Assembly (NCBI GenBank): GCA_965213625.1
Contig: CBDBZU010000004.1
Span: 2,144,001-2,208,000 of the forward strand
Reading direction: 5' to 3'
DNA length: 64,000 bases
Origin: a bacterium
Lineage (GTDB): Bacteria > UBA8248
Part shown: positions 39,099 through 49,643 of the stretch, piece after piece
Numbering within the stretch: the first letter of the stretch is position 1
Layout: every line of letters begins with the position of its first letter
Position numbers and translations under genes: made by a program
Notes under the pieces: generated by a model
Seen by the model: the letters and a program-made list of their open reading frames with translations, nothing else
The model's database searches: none
Told to the model about the DNA's origin: nothing

Positions 39099-39584
39099 AT
39101 GGAAAGTCACGCGGTATACCCGGGAACCTTCGATCCGCCGACGAAAGGGCATTTCGACGTCGTTCGCCGGACCCAAAGGCTTTTTGCGAAAGTTACCGTG
39201 GCCATTTCCGTTCATCCTTCGAAAACGCCCCTGTTCAGTTTCGAGGAGCGCAAGAATTTTTTCCTGGAAGAATTCAGGGAATCAAACCAGATTGAGATCA
39301 TAAGCTTCGAGCGTGAACTGCTCGTGGATTTCGCCGTGAATGTGAATGCCCAGGCCATTATTCGTGGTCTGCGCGCCGTGAGCGATTTTGATTATGAGAT
39401 GCAGATGACGCTCATGAACAGAAGGCTGAACGAGGAGATCGAAACGATTTTCCTCATGCCCAGCGAACAATACAGTTTCCTGAGTTCCAGCCTCGTCAAG
39501 GAAGTCGCCTCGCTCGGCGGAGACGTAAGTGAACACGTATCCCCATCCGTCCGGGATGCGCTCGACGAGCGGTTCCGCAGCTAA
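39099..39584 (+). CDS. coaD: Phosphopantetheine adenylyltransferase
   Basis: YPGTFDPPTKGH, IRGLRAVSDFDYE and SSSLVKEVA motifs. Confidence 0.97.
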   Translation: MESHAVYPGTFDPPTKGHFDVVRRTQRLFAKVTVAISVHPSKTPLFSFEERKNFFLEEFRESNQIEIISFERELLVDFAVNVNAQAIIRGLRAVSDFDYEMQMTLMNRRLNEEIETIFLMPSEQYSFLSSSLVKEVASLGGDVSEHVSPSVRDALDERFRS

Positions 39585-39611
39585 AATCATATTCTAACCC
39601 TGGAGTTTCTC

Positions 39612-40808
39612 ATGCGTTTTGCATCCCGAATGAGCAAGTTGCCTCCGATTCCCACGCTGGCGATGAACACCAAGGCGGCGGAAATGAAGGCGCAAGGCGT
39701 CGACGTCATCTCGTTCGCTGCGGGAGAGCCTGATTTCGATACACCGGATCACATTAAGGAAGGGGCCATTCAGGGTCTGCGCGACGGCGCCACGAAATAC
39801 ACGGCGGTCCGGGGCATTCCCGCCTTGAGAGAGGCGATTAGCGATTGGGTAGAGGAGCACAAGGGTCTTAAATATGACCCGAAAACGGAAGTGATCGTCA
39901 CCGTGGGCGGGAAGCAATCGGTATTCAACGCCTTGCACGTTCTTGTGGAAGAGGGCGATGAGGTCGTCATCCCCGCGCCCATCTGGGTGGCTTATGAACC
40001 CGTCGCCACCCTGACCGGGGCGAAAGCGGTACTGGTTCAGACGAGCGAGGAAAACGGCCATAAAATGACGGCCGAGCAGTTGCGCGAAGTCGTCTCCGAG
40101 CGAACGAAAATCGTGGTGATTAACAGCCCGTGCAACCCTTCGGGCTGCGTGTACAGCCGCGGGGAGTTGGAAGCGATCGCCGAGGTGGTCTTATCCACCG
40201 ATGCGATGGTCATGTCCGATGAGATTTACGGGAAAATCACCTATGACGGCGAGGAGCATTTCTCGATAGCCGGCTTTTCCGACGAAATGAAGGCGCGCAC
40301 GCTCGTTCTGGACGGTTTTTCGAAAACGTATGCGATGACGGGCTGGCGCTTGGGGTATACCCTCGCGAGCGCGGAAATCGTAGAGGCCATGGACACGCTG
40401 CAGGGCCAGAGCACGAGCAACGCCACTTCCTTCGCCCAAAACGGGGGGGTTGCGGCCCTCAGGGGATCGCATGAATTCCTGAACGAATGGCTCGCGCAAT
40501 ACGACGCGAGAAGAAGGGCGATTGTCGAGGGATTCAACTCTATCGACGGGCTCAGCGTCGTGAACCCCAAGGGCGCGTTCTACGCCTTCCCCAGGGTGAG
40601 CGACGTATTCGGGCGTCAGGGACCGGACGGAGTATTAAAAAATTCAATGGATGTGGGGCTGTATCTCCTCGAACACGCCCACTGCGCCGGCGTTCCCGGC
40701 GCGGGTTTCGGCAATGATAATTACGTGCGTTTCTCCTACGCGACTTCTCTGGAAAACGTAAAAGAGGGAATCGAACGAATCAGAGCGGCCTTGGGACAAC
40801 TTGGTTGA
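39612..40808 (+). CDS. aspC: Aspartate aminotransferase (class I/II PLP enzyme)
   Basis: GEPDFDTP, NSPCNPSG, SDEIY, GFSKTYAMTGWRLG and VRFSYATS motifs. Confidence 0.9.
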   Translation: MRFASRMSKLPPIPTLAMNTKAAEMKAQGVDVISFAAGEPDFDTPDHIKEGAIQGLRDGATKYTAVRGIPALREAISDWVEEHKGLKYDPKTEVIVTVGGKQSVFNALHVLVEEGDEVVIPAPIWVAYEPVATLTGAKAVLVQTSEENGHKMTAEQLREVVSERTKIVVINSPCNPSGCVYSRGELEAIAEVVLSTDAMVMSDEIYGKITYDGEEHFSIAGFSDEMKARTLVLDGFSKTYAMTGWRLGYTLASAEIVEAMDTLQGQSTSNATSFAQNGGVAALRGSHEFLNEWLAQYDARRRAIVEGFNSIDGLSVVNPKGAFYAFPRVSDVFGRQGPDGVLKNSMDVGLYLLEHAHCAGVPGAGFGNDNYVRFSYATSLENVKEGIERIRAALGQLG

Positions 40809-41029
40809 TGCATAGCTTGGGGCGCGCTCTTCAGATTCTCGCCATGGTGGATTGCGGGATTGCCTTGCTCATAGGCATTTCTAATCCTTCGGCCTATGCC
40901 ATCCAACTCGTCATTTTGGGCTCCGCGGTCATTTTGTTTTCTCTTGGGCGTCTGGCTCAGAAAAAGGCGAACACGACTGCGACTTCAATCGGTGAACACA
41001 AGCAATCAACCATTTCTGAGAGTGAGTGA
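40808..41029 (+). CDS. Small two-TM membrane protein
   Basis: ATG overlaps the aminotransferase stop; two hydrophobic helices. Confidence 0.55.
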   Translation: MHSLGRALQILAMVDCGIALLIGISNPSAYAIQLVILGSAVILFSLGRLAQKKANTTATSIGEHKQSTISESE

Positions 41030-42435
41030 GGGTGTCTCCAACTGCGCGGCGAGGCTTGTTTTACGATTGGTGGGAATCGCGTTGCGAGCGTTACCTGTGT
41101 GAGAATTTCGGTGATGTAGGCGAACAAATCAGACAGCATTTCACCCAAACGCTTTTTCCTCCCCATGCGGAACCCATCTTGCCCGAGCAGGTTCTACCGA
41201 TTTCTTTTATTCATTTGAAGTTGTTGGCCGGTGAAGAATTGGGATACGTGCTTCAGCGCATGGAGAAGTTGACTGCGCTTTTTGGTGCTCAGGGTGTAAA
41301 GCCGGCGATCGGCAACCTGTATCTGATGTTGACATCCCTTACGTCGAGACGCGGGAAATTATCCTCCTTGGTGAAGGCGCAATCGGCGTTTTTTAGTTTA
41401 TTGCTCCGGCGATTGGCGGGCATGTTCGACGATGGTGTGGGTGAAGATGCCATGCGGAAAGAACTTTCCGGTGTTTGGGAGATTCATACGGAGCAGGCCG
41501 CGAATGCTACATTGGAAGGCGCCCGCGGTCTTTGGCGACGCGCCAGTGATCCGAATGTCGGTTTGCTTCCTCTGCCGATGGATTTGGAGTCATGGCTTGA
41601 TGATAATGGTTTAACCGAAAAGGTCGCCGAAGCCCGGAAAATTTATGGAAATATGGGGGAAAGTCATCATTTATCCGAATTGGTGAGTCGGCTGGCGGCG
41701 ATCGAGGGATTGGGAAATTCGATTGAAGCTGAAATGTGTATCGAGAGGATGTCGGCTTGGGAGAATATGCAGGCTGAATTGATGAGAAGCCTCAATAGCG
41801 CCATGGCAGGCGTTACTCCCTGGGAGTCGGAAATATTGCGTCCCGCGCCGCCATTGTTGGGTTCTTTGCTTGCTTGGTCGAAGAAACTCCAATTGATGGA
41901 TGAGGGAGAAACGCCCACGGCTTACCCCGGCCGGGAGAGATTGCCTGATTGGTTGAAAGATTTCTTAAGCAATAATGATGAAGAAGGCGGAATTCTTTCA
42001 TCAGCCAGATTCATCGTAGGTGGTGAAACTTATATCGTGGTAGGCGTTGATGCTTCTGCCTCCACTGAGTTGCTTTCTGTCATTTTCGATTCCCCGGAAT
42101 TGGCCGATTCGACTAAGCTGAGTTTAAATTTTCGATTCGGAAATGGATTGGAAAAGTCAATTCCATTCAAGCTAGATGATGGGAAAGACCTTTTGGCAGC
42201 ATTGTATTTTGCGAGGCAGGAAGATGTTCGACTGGACTTCATCGTCCGAGGAACGGACAAGAACTGGCGTTTTGGAGCATCCTCATATTTGGTAATTTCA
42301 CAAGAGCACCGTGCAAGTTGGGTTCAAGGCCTGCTATCTTTTTTGGAAGAAAAATTTAGAAGTGATGAAAACAGGATTCGGATGGAAATATTAAAAGGCA
42401 TAAACAAGAAAATAAGAAATGATGGCAGAACTTAA
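41026..42435 (+). CDS. hypothetical protein, 469 aa
   Basis: Long ORF overlapping the previous stop (GTGA); no motif recognised. Confidence 0.75.
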   Translation: MRVSPTARRGLFYDWWESRCERYLCENFGDVGEQIRQHFTQTLFPPHAEPILPEQVLPISFIHLKLLAGEELGYVLQRMEKLTALFGAQGVKPAIGNLYLMLTSLTSRRGKLSSLVKAQSAFFSLLLRRLAGMFDDGVGEDAMRKELSGVWEIHTEQAANATLEGARGLWRRASDPNVGLLPLPMDLESWLDDNGLTEKVAEARKIYGNMGESHHLSELVSRLAAIEGLGNSIEAEMCIERMSAWENMQAELMRSLNSAMAGVTPWESEILRPAPPLLGSLLAWSKKLQLMDEGETPTAYPGRERLPDWLKDFLSNNDEEGGILSSARFIVGGETYIVVGVDASASTELLSVIFDSPELADSTKLSLNFRFGNGLEKSIPFKLDDGKDLLAALYFARQEDVRLDFIVRGTDKNWRFGASSYLVISQEHRASWVQGLLSFLEEKFRSDENRIRMEILKGINKKIRNDGRT

Positions 42436-42475
42436 GAACGCGGGTCTCTAAAATATTCTGATGAAAATTGATCTT

Positions 42476-43753
42476 TTATGCTCGCACCCTCCAGACGAGC
42501 AGTACCGCGATGAGTCGACTGGCCGCCATGGCCGTGAACACCCAGAACCACCCATTTGAAATTGCCAGAGACAGCCATCCAAAGAATATGGCTTGGAGCG
42601 CGCCGTAAATATAACCGTGAGCATCCAATACGCCCGCCGCTGTTCCCGCCAGCCGTCTACCGGCCAAGTCTACCCCCAGCGCCTGCACCGTGGACATATT
42701 GACGCAAAACCCACCGACGATGAGCAAAATGACGGCGAGGGGAATGTTGTCGGCAGGCGCATAGGCGATTCCCATCATAGCGGCGGCGCTTAGAAAAGCG
42801 GCGAGCATGATGACGATGGAACGATTACTCTTGAAGAATCGATCTGAAATGATTCCACCGAAGATAGGTCCGAACAGATATCCCAGAGGGTAGGCGAAGG
42901 TTAGCAAGCCCATCTCCTTGAGATTAAACCCACCAGCCTGAGCGTAGTACAAAGGCGCCCACGAGACGACGCCATAACGAACCACGTTGTCCAGTCCTTT
43001 GACATGGCATGCCAAAAAGAAGCGCAGATTGGTCATCAAGTGAAAATACGCCTTAAGCCCATGTTCACTCTCGCTTCCTGACGCTTCTGCTTCGCGGGAT
43101 ACGTCATCTGACTCTATATACTCAGGGAGGTTTAGTTCAGAGGGTTTATCTTTGGCGATAAAATAAAAAATGATTCCCAAAAGGGCGATGATCAAAGGAG
43201 GGTAGCGAATAGCGACTCGCCAGCCATATTGCGCCGCCGTCCAGGGTACGACCGCCCAAACGATGAGAAGCGCGATACCGGCGGCTGTTCCCACGAGCCC
43301 GATCGCTTGCCCACGTTCCCGTCTGGGCCACCATTGCGCCACGAGGCCAAGTCCTGGCCCCCAGGTGGCCGCGTTCACAAAACCGACAACCGCCCAGGGT
43401 ATGGCGAGGGTAGTGATGGAGTTTCCAAAACTCGCGATGAAATTGAACAACGACGTGGTTATGGCGGCGAAGAGAATGGTGTTTTTATAGCCTACTTTTT
43501 CTGCAATTCGCCCAAAAACCAGGTCCCCGAAAGCGAAGCCCCAAAACATCCATGAATTGATCCATCCGGTATCGACTCGCGTGATTCCTAAATCCTGGAT
43601 GACCGCGTATTGCACAAGACTGAAGTTGAATCTGCCCAGATAGTTGAAGGCATAGAAAACACAAAAAGCGATAAGAATCCGCCATTTCCACTGGTGAAAC
43701 TCGGGAGGCAGGTCATGATATTCGACCTGGATTGTACTTCTACGTTCATTCAT
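42476..43753 (-). CDS. MFS transporter, organophosphate:Pi antiporter (GlpT/UhpC-like) family
   Basis: YLGRFNFS, QWWPRRERG, GIISDRFF and AGTAAGVLD motifs; 12 TM. Confidence 0.88.
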   Translation of the reverse strand: MNERRSTIQVEYHDLPPEFHQWKWRILIAFCVFYAFNYLGRFNFSLVQYAVIQDLGITRVDTGWINSWMFWGFAFGDLVFGRIAEKVGYKNTILFAAITTSLFNFIASFGNSITTLAIPWAVVGFVNAATWGPGLGLVAQWWPRRERGQAIGLVGTAAGIALLIVWAVVPWTAAQYGWRVAIRYPPLIIALLGIIFYFIAKDKPSELNLPEYIESDDVSREAEASGSESEHGLKAYFHLMTNLRFFLACHVKGLDNVVRYGVVSWAPLYYAQAGGFNLKEMGLLTFAYPLGYLFGPIFGGIISDRFFKSNRSIVIMLAAFLSAAAMMGIAYAPADNIPLAVILLIVGGFCVNMSTVQALGVDLAGRRLAGTAAGVLDAHGYIYGALQAIFFGWLSLAISNGWFWVFTAMAASRLIAVLLVWRVRA

Positions 43754-43894
43754 GTTTGTAGAGGGGCTTTTACAGAGCTGAAACGCCGTCGGAAATGAGA
43801 ATTCATTTTCAGCATCAATATATATCTAGGAATTTTCAAGAGGATTTACTCAACTCTCATAACGAAATGCGACATTAAGGAGTTCCGTATTTAT

Positions 43895-45160
43895 TCATCT
43901 TTCAAATTCTAACAGATGATAGTTCTTTTTTCCTTTCCGAAGCAGGATGTATTGACCGAACAATATATCATCAACAGACAATACACTTTCCTCATCCGTG
44001 ATGCGGTGATTGTTCACATAAATACCGCCACCTTTTAATTCTTTTCGCGCCATAGTTTTCGACTTGGAAAGGCCGGTTTCCAATAGGATATCTACAAGCG
44101 GAAACGGCAGTGTCCTTGAACGTAGAGTTTTTGGCATCTCTTCTGCCGCTGAAAGTAAATCGTTTTTCTCGATACCATCGAGTTGAGCACCAAATAGTAT
44201 CTTGGCGGCGCGCTCTGCGCTTCGCGCTGCTGCTGCGCCATGAACAAGCGTCGTCAATTCTTTGGAGAGGTGGTGTTGACCTGCCCTTTTTTCCGGGGAT
44301 TTGAGGTGCTCTTTCTCAATTTCATCAATTTCATCAATTGGTAAAAAGGTAAAGTATCTTAAAAATCTCCCGACATCCCTGTCATCCGTCTGAATCCAGT
44401 ATTGCGAGAAACGGTATGGACTGGTTCGCTTGGGGTCCAGCCAGATATTTCCTTCTTCTGTTTTCCCGAACTTCCTGCCGTCGGAAGTCGTGATGAGCGG
44501 GAAGGTCATTCCCTGAGCGGGTTTTCCATGAACGCGTCGAATAAGATCTATACCGGCCGTGATATTGCCCCATTGGTCAGAACCACCAATTTGCAAAGTG
44601 CAATTCTCTTTTTCAAAAAGGTGGAGAAAATCATACGCCTGAAGCGCCATGTAGCTGAACTCGGTGTATGATATTCCTGCATCAGCGATGCGTGACTTTA
44701 CAGATTCTTTCGCCATCATGTAGCCGATGGAAAAATGTTTGCCTACGTCGCGGAAAAAATCGATGAGGCGGACCTCATTCAGCCATTCACCGTTGTTTAT
44801 CATACGCGCAGAGTTTGAGCCCGCATCAAATTCCAGGAACCTTTCGAATTGAGCCCTGATTCCATTGAGATTGTGTTCCAAAATCTCCGCGCTCAGGAGG
44901 TTTCTTTCTTCTGATTTTCCAGAAGGATCACCGATCATCCCGGTTCCGCCGCCGATGAGGGCAATCGGCCGGTGTCCTGCGCGCTGAAATCGCATAAGTC
45001 CCGTAATGGGAACCAAATTTCCGATATGCAAGCTGTCTGCCGTAGGGTCGAAGCCACAATAGAGGCTCATACCGCCTTTTCTTAATGTGCTCTGTATTTC
45101 CGTCTGGTCTGTGTGATTATGGACCAAACCGCGGAGTTTCAGTTCATCAAACAAATTCAT
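43895..45160 (-). CDS. tyrS: Tyrosine--tRNA ligase
   Basis: YCGFDPTADSLHIGN, QIGGSDQWGNI, KFGKT and C-terminal S4 domain LRKGKK. Confidence 0.98.
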   Translation of the reverse strand: MNLFDELKLRGLVHNHTDQTEIQSTLRKGGMSLYCGFDPTADSLHIGNLVPITGLMRFQRAGHRPIALIGGGTGMIGDPSGKSEERNLLSAEILEHNLNGIRAQFERFLEFDAGSNSARMINNGEWLNEVRLIDFFRDVGKHFSIGYMMAKESVKSRIADAGISYTEFSYMALQAYDFLHLFEKENCTLQIGGSDQWGNITAGIDLIRRVHGKPAQGMTFPLITTSDGRKFGKTEEGNIWLDPKRTSPYRFSQYWIQTDDRDVGRFLRYFTFLPIDEIDEIEKEHLKSPEKRAGQHHLSKELTTLVHGAAAARSAERAAKILFGAQLDGIEKNDLLSAAEEMPKTLRSRTLPFPLVDILLETGLSKSKTMARKELKGGGIYVNNHRITDEESVLSVDDILFGQYILLRKGKKNYHLLEFER

Positions 45161-45316
45161 GGAAACTCCCCACGATGTTCTTGTCGTATTTGAAACAGTG
45201 CAAAGTTCATTCCCCCATCAAGCATGCTATCTTCCAGCCGATATTGTATCTTAATCGATATATATCAGGAGAGGGGGCAGGCTGAAAGTTCTAAGCTGGT
45301 AATCGGGATACTTAAG

Positions 45317-46063
45317 ATGACGCTTCGTTTTGATTTTCATGGAAAAAGAGTGCTCCTGACCGGTGCCACGGGAGATGTGGGCAAAGCACTTGTTCGTGGG
45401 TTTCTGGATTCAGGCGCAAAGCTTGTCGCCACTGGTCGAAGTTCAGAAAAACTGCGTCTCATCGGAGGTCCCGAGGAGATGCTGAAAAAAATTCCCTGTA
45501 ATTTGGAAAATTCTGATGAAGTAAAAGCCATGAGTAAAGAGGCGATTACATGGCTTGGTGGATGTGACATCTTCGTTCACACGGCGGCGAACATGTTGGT
45601 GAAAGATCCACTTTCACTTGATGAATCAGATTGGAAACGCGCCCTTCGCGTGAACCTCTTGGCGCCTTATTTTTGTATTCAAGGTGCGATGCCCGCACTG
45701 AGGGATTCTCCGGCGGGGCGAATCATCCTATTTGGTTCCGGAGCCGGGAAATCGGGAGGACTGGGCCAAAATCTCACATATGGCGCTTCAAAAGGTGGTA
45801 TTTTAGCCATGACGTTTAACCTTGCTCGTGAACTGGCGAAAACCAAAATTACCGTGAACTGTTTGGTACCCGGGCCGATAGATGGACCGTTGATGCGAGA
45901 ATTTGGACCAGATTTATACAACAAAGCGCTGGCGAAGCACCCGATGGGTAAGTTCGCGAAGGCTGCGGAATTGGTACCGCCCACTTTGTTTCTTGCAAGT
46001 GAAGAAGCTGCGCATATCACCGGAGAAGCTCTGGATGTAAACGGGGGGTATTTTACAGATTAG
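45317..46063 (+). CDS. SDR family oxidoreductase (FabG-like)
   Basis: TGATGDVG, YGASK, VNCLVPG and ITGEALDVNGG motifs. Confidence 0.9.
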   Translation: MTLRFDFHGKRVLLTGATGDVGKALVRGFLDSGAKLVATGRSSEKLRLIGGPEEMLKKIPCNLENSDEVKAMSKEAITWLGGCDIFVHTAANMLVKDPLSLDESDWKRALRVNLLAPYFCIQGAMPALRDSPAGRIILFGSGAGKSGGLGQNLTYGASKGGILAMTFNLARELAKTKITVNCLVPGPIDGPLMREFGPDLYNKALAKHPMGKFAKAAELVPPTLFLASEEAAHITGEALDVNGGYFTD

Positions 46064-46133
46064 AAGTATGTCCCGGATGCAAGGGCGAGATGTTATGACT
46101 TTCGAAGCAGGAATTTGGAAATAGGAGTCAATT

Positions 46134-47102
46134 TTGCACGATAAAACCTCAGACAAGGAAGAATCGGACGTGAGAGTAGTTAAAATCGAAGGGGTGTCCT
46201 TGCATCTAAGCGGATACACCGATTCCGATCAAGAGTGGATTGGTCAGTCAGAGGTGCTGCGCCAGCTTCTGGCTTGCTGGATGATCGTAGCGGAGGAGGA
46301 TTTTTCTCTCTCTCCGAGAATTATTGGTTTCCCGGGGATCGGGAAGACGACGCTGGCGATGGCGGCGGCGCGGGAACGAGGCCAGGAACTTTTTATTTTT
46401 CAGTGCGCCTCTGATACCCGCCCGGAGGACCTCTTGGTCACGCCCGTATTGGCGGAATCAGGCAAAATCGCCTATCACGCATCACCTCTTGTTACTGCGA
46501 TGATAAGGGGCGGGGTTTGTGTGCTCGACGAAGGTAACCGGATGAGCGAAAAGAGTTGGGCCTCGCTGGCTCCGTTGCTTGATCATCGCCGTTATGTGGA
46601 GTCTATCGTTGCAGGAATTACGGTAAAGGCGCACCCGAATTTTCGCTGTTGTGTGACTATGAATGAAGATGCCTCGACATACGAGGTGCCCGATTACATA
46701 TTGTCGAGACTCCAGCCAACCCTGGCGCTTGAATTCCCGAATAAGAAAGATGAATTAGCTATACTGAGATATCACTTACCGTTTGCTCCTAAAGAGATGT
46801 TGGCTTTGACGGTGGAGTTTTTGCAGGAAGCCCATGAACTGGATCTAGAATATTCTCCCAGGGATGGAATCCACATCCTTCAATTCGCACTCAAACGTCT
46901 CGCGCAGGACCCGGAGCACCCACTCTCTCAAGACGAAGCGTGGAGAGAGGCGCTCACCAAGGTGTTGGGAGATGATGCATTAGACTTGAAAAGTCTTGCG
47001 CACAGAAGGCGGCAAGCTCTCGGAGATGAGCCTCCTCCACTTGATTTCGGCGATATTTTCTTTGGAGGCGATAGCCCCTTGCATCCTGATCGAGACGATT
47101 GA
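46134..47102 (+). CDS. MoxR/CbbQ-type AAA+ ATPase
   Basis: Walker A GFPGIGKT, Walker B VLDEGNR, AHPNFR..TMN sensor I and SRL arginine finger; TTG start after AGGAG. Confidence 0.88.
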   Translation: MHDKTSDKEESDVRVVKIEGVSLHLSGYTDSDQEWIGQSEVLRQLLACWMIVAEEDFSLSPRIIGFPGIGKTTLAMAAARERGQELFIFQCASDTRPEDLLVTPVLAESGKIAYHASPLVTAMIRGGVCVLDEGNRMSEKSWASLAPLLDHRRYVESIVAGITVKAHPNFRCCVTMNEDASTYEVPDYILSRLQPTLALEFPNKKDELAILRYHLPFAPKEMLALTVEFLQEAHELDLEYSPRDGIHILQFALKRLAQDPEHPLSQDEAWREALTKVLGDDALDLKSLAHRRRQALGDEPPPLDFGDIFFGGDSPLHPDRDD

Positions 47103-47105
47103 TAC

Positions 47106-49079
47106 ATGGCCGCTCGAGATTTCCTGAACATCACCGATCGCATCAGCGTACTTCCTGTCATCCATGGGTCGGGAGACTTCGCCGTCGAAGTGCGCGACAG
47201 GATTTTGAAACATGAACCCGATTGCATTGCGATTCCTTTACCGCCGTCTTTTCAGGATGAAGTAGAAGCAGGTGTGGATGACCTCCCATATGTCTCTATG
47301 GTGTCGGTGAATGAAGATGCCGCACCATATACTAGAGATGATGAAGCGGGATTGGATGATTCATGGGAGCAGTACGCACAACCAGAAAATGATCTAGGTG
47401 CTGAAGATGAATTTTTGGCGGAGGAAACGGATTTATCTTCTTATAACTATGTGCCCATAGACCCTTGCCAACCCGTGATTTCAGCTTTGAGAGTCGCGAT
47501 GGGGGAGCGTATTCCCAGAGCATTTATCGATTTGGAAGTAGAGCGTTTTCAGCAGGATTTTCATGCGCTGCCGGATCCTTATGCGCTGAAAAAGGTGCCG
47601 ATAGAGGCCTTTGCCGCCTCTCTATTGACGGTGGCTCCTAAACCTTCTCCCTCGACACAGCGTTCTGCTAGAATCCGCTGGATGGCCGACGCCTTGCTGG
47701 AACTCGAGGTTAGATATAAGCGCATGGTTTTTATATGTTCTGCGATGGATTGGCCCTGGATTCGCTCCGCCTGTCGAGAAGGGCCATCTGCTGATAATAA
47801 ATTATTTGAGACCTATGTAGATGAATCTCCCAATCCACCTCAAAGGATTGGAGTATCGGAAGATACTCTGGCATTCCTCCTGGGAGAGTTTCCTTATCTG
47901 ACATATTTATACGAAAAAAAACGCGAAGATTTCGTGGCTGACTCCAATCTTTCTATCGACGGCGTCAAGGAGCTCCTCCTGGAGGCGAGAATTGCATGGT
48001 TCCAGGAACACCGACCCGTGCAAAACTGGGTAACGCCTCAGAGACTCCAGATATTCCTGCAATATGTCCGGAATTTGACTCTTCAGGGAAGGAGATTAAC
48101 GCCGGATTTGTTCACCCTCACACTTGCTGCCAAGCAGACTGCAGGTGATGCTTTCGCCCTCTCTTTGTTGGAGACAGCAAGGAAATATCCGTATCAGCGA
48201 GAAACTTCCTCATCAAATGAATATGACCTAGTTCATATCGGTGTGGGTCGTGCGGCATTCCCTGATGGAGTTGTCGGAACGATTAAGAGTCGGCTGGGCG
48301 GTTCAGTAGTCACCTGGAGGAGTATTTCCCTCAAGCCGAAGCCCACTTCTTTTGAAAGACAGAAATGGGCCCAGAGGTGGAATCCATTCGGCATGTGTTC
48401 TTGGCCGCCGGAAGATGAAGCGATAGAAAGTTTTCACACTCATGTACGCGAGCAGGCCAAAGCGCTACTGGGAGAGGATTTGGCGCGTACAGAGAAATTC
48501 ACAGCATCGATAAAAGATGGGATCGATATCAGAGAAACGCTTCGCAATTGGCATACGGGTGACCTCTACGTCAAAGAAATTCCCCCGGCGCGGGGGAACC
48601 TGGAGGTCGTCGTCTTTTTGTTCGACTCGCCTGCCGATACTGGGAAGTACGCTTGGCGTACGATGTGGTATGCAGAACATGATGAAGAATCAACACTTTG
48701 TATGTATGCGACGCCATTTGAGAACAATTTAGTGGGACCGGGTATAGCGGAATCTCAGTATGGGGGGGCATTTTTTGTATTTCCTCCTCGATACATCGAA
48801 GATGTCTGGCGAGATTCGCGCTTTCACTACACGCAGACACTAGAAGAAAGATTGATCGCAGGAGCATGTTTTCACTCGAAAGAGCGATACATCGCCCTGG
48901 TGAGTCCATCTCCGCCCAAAACTCGTTGGCGGCAAATTGCGCGGTTGTATAAAAAGCATTTGATTTACATACCGATTGGTCGATTTTCTGGAGAAACGAT
49001 TGCCCGCATCCGTCGTTTTCATGTTTTGAATGGAAAAGATATTAGAAGTTATGCCGCGCAGTTTATCCGAGAAATGTAA
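47106..49079 (+). CDS. Hypothetical 657-aa protein, putative partner of the AAA+ ATPase
   Basis: Starts 3 nt after the ATPase stop; N-terminal pattern resembles TraB/YehM; contains GIDIRETLRN..VVVFLFD. Confidence 0.8.
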   Translation: MAARDFLNITDRISVLPVIHGSGDFAVEVRDRILKHEPDCIAIPLPPSFQDEVEAGVDDLPYVSMVSVNEDAAPYTRDDEAGLDDSWEQYAQPENDLGAEDEFLAEETDLSSYNYVPIDPCQPVISALRVAMGERIPRAFIDLEVERFQQDFHALPDPYALKKVPIEAFAASLLTVAPKPSPSTQRSARIRWMADALLELEVRYKRMVFICSAMDWPWIRSACREGPSADNKLFETYVDESPNPPQRIGVSEDTLAFLLGEFPYLTYLYEKKREDFVADSNLSIDGVKELLLEARIAWFQEHRPVQNWVTPQRLQIFLQYVRNLTLQGRRLTPDLFTLTLAAKQTAGDAFALSLLETARKYPYQRETSSSNEYDLVHIGVGRAAFPDGVVGTIKSRLGGSVVTWRSISLKPKPTSFERQKWAQRWNPFGMCSWPPEDEAIESFHTHVREQAKALLGEDLARTEKFTASIKDGIDIRETLRNWHTGDLYVKEIPPARGNLEVVVFLFDSPADTGKYAWRTMWYAEHDEESTLCMYATPFENNLVGPGIAESQYGGAFFVFPPRYIEDVWRDSRFHYTQTLEERLIAGACFHSKERYIALVSPSPPKTRWRQIARLYKKHLIYIPIGRFSGETIARIRRFHVLNGKDIRSYAAQFIREM

Positions 49080-49215
49080 TTTTTTGCGGTTTTCTTGATA
49101 TTTCCCAGTTTCGTATCGCACGAAGAGGAAGTGGGGAGCCAAGCTGTTCTAATTTTGTTACACTCAATGGGTCGTGCCAATAGGAATAGTCTACTCCCCT
49201 GAAGGAGTTATTAAG

Positions 49216-49551
49216 ATGAATATAAAGGAACTCGTTGTCAGATTTCCCGAAATACCAGCTGATCTTCATAATGAGGAAATTCTGTCCCGATTTGCAGTTG
49301 TATTTGAGGGGCCACTTTCCATCGCCCAAAAACCCTCTGCGTGCTCTACAGAGCATGACGCTGGAAACCATTACTATATGAAGCTCATTAACCCGATGGG
49401 CATATACCGTCTAGGGCTGATGAAACGCGAGATGCTGCTCTCACAAATCGCTGAACTTATCGAAAAACAAGTAGCGGACCCGAATTTTGCCGAAACGCTC
49501 TTACCATCTGGTGTTGCGGCGAGTGAGATCAGGGGTCCTGGCTGCGGATAG
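49216..49551 (+). CDS. hypothetical protein, 111 aa, ending GPGCG
   Basis: GAAGGAG RBS; CSTEHDAGNHYY segment; followed by a terminator. Confidence 0.72.
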   Translation: MNIKELVVRFPEIPADLHNEEILSRFAVVFEGPLSIAQKPSACSTEHDAGNHYYMKLINPMGIYRLGLMKREMLLSQIAELIEKQVADPNFAETLLPSGVAASEIRGPGCG

Positions 49552-49566
49552 GCATTGCGCATGCAA

Positions 49567-49604
49567 AAATCCCCTCGCTCATTCGTGGGTGAGGGGATTT
49601 CTTT
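49567..49604 (+). terminator. Rho-independent terminator
   Basis: AATCCCCTCGCTCA-TTCG-TGGGTGAGGGGATT followed by TCTTT. Confidence 0.7.
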
Positions 49605-49643
49605 GTGGGGTCAATTGGTCATTTCATAACGCGGGTTTGATAT

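Noticed and set aside
45161-45316. T-box riboswitch upstream of tyrS
   Set aside because: The divergent gap is short and has no T-box consensus
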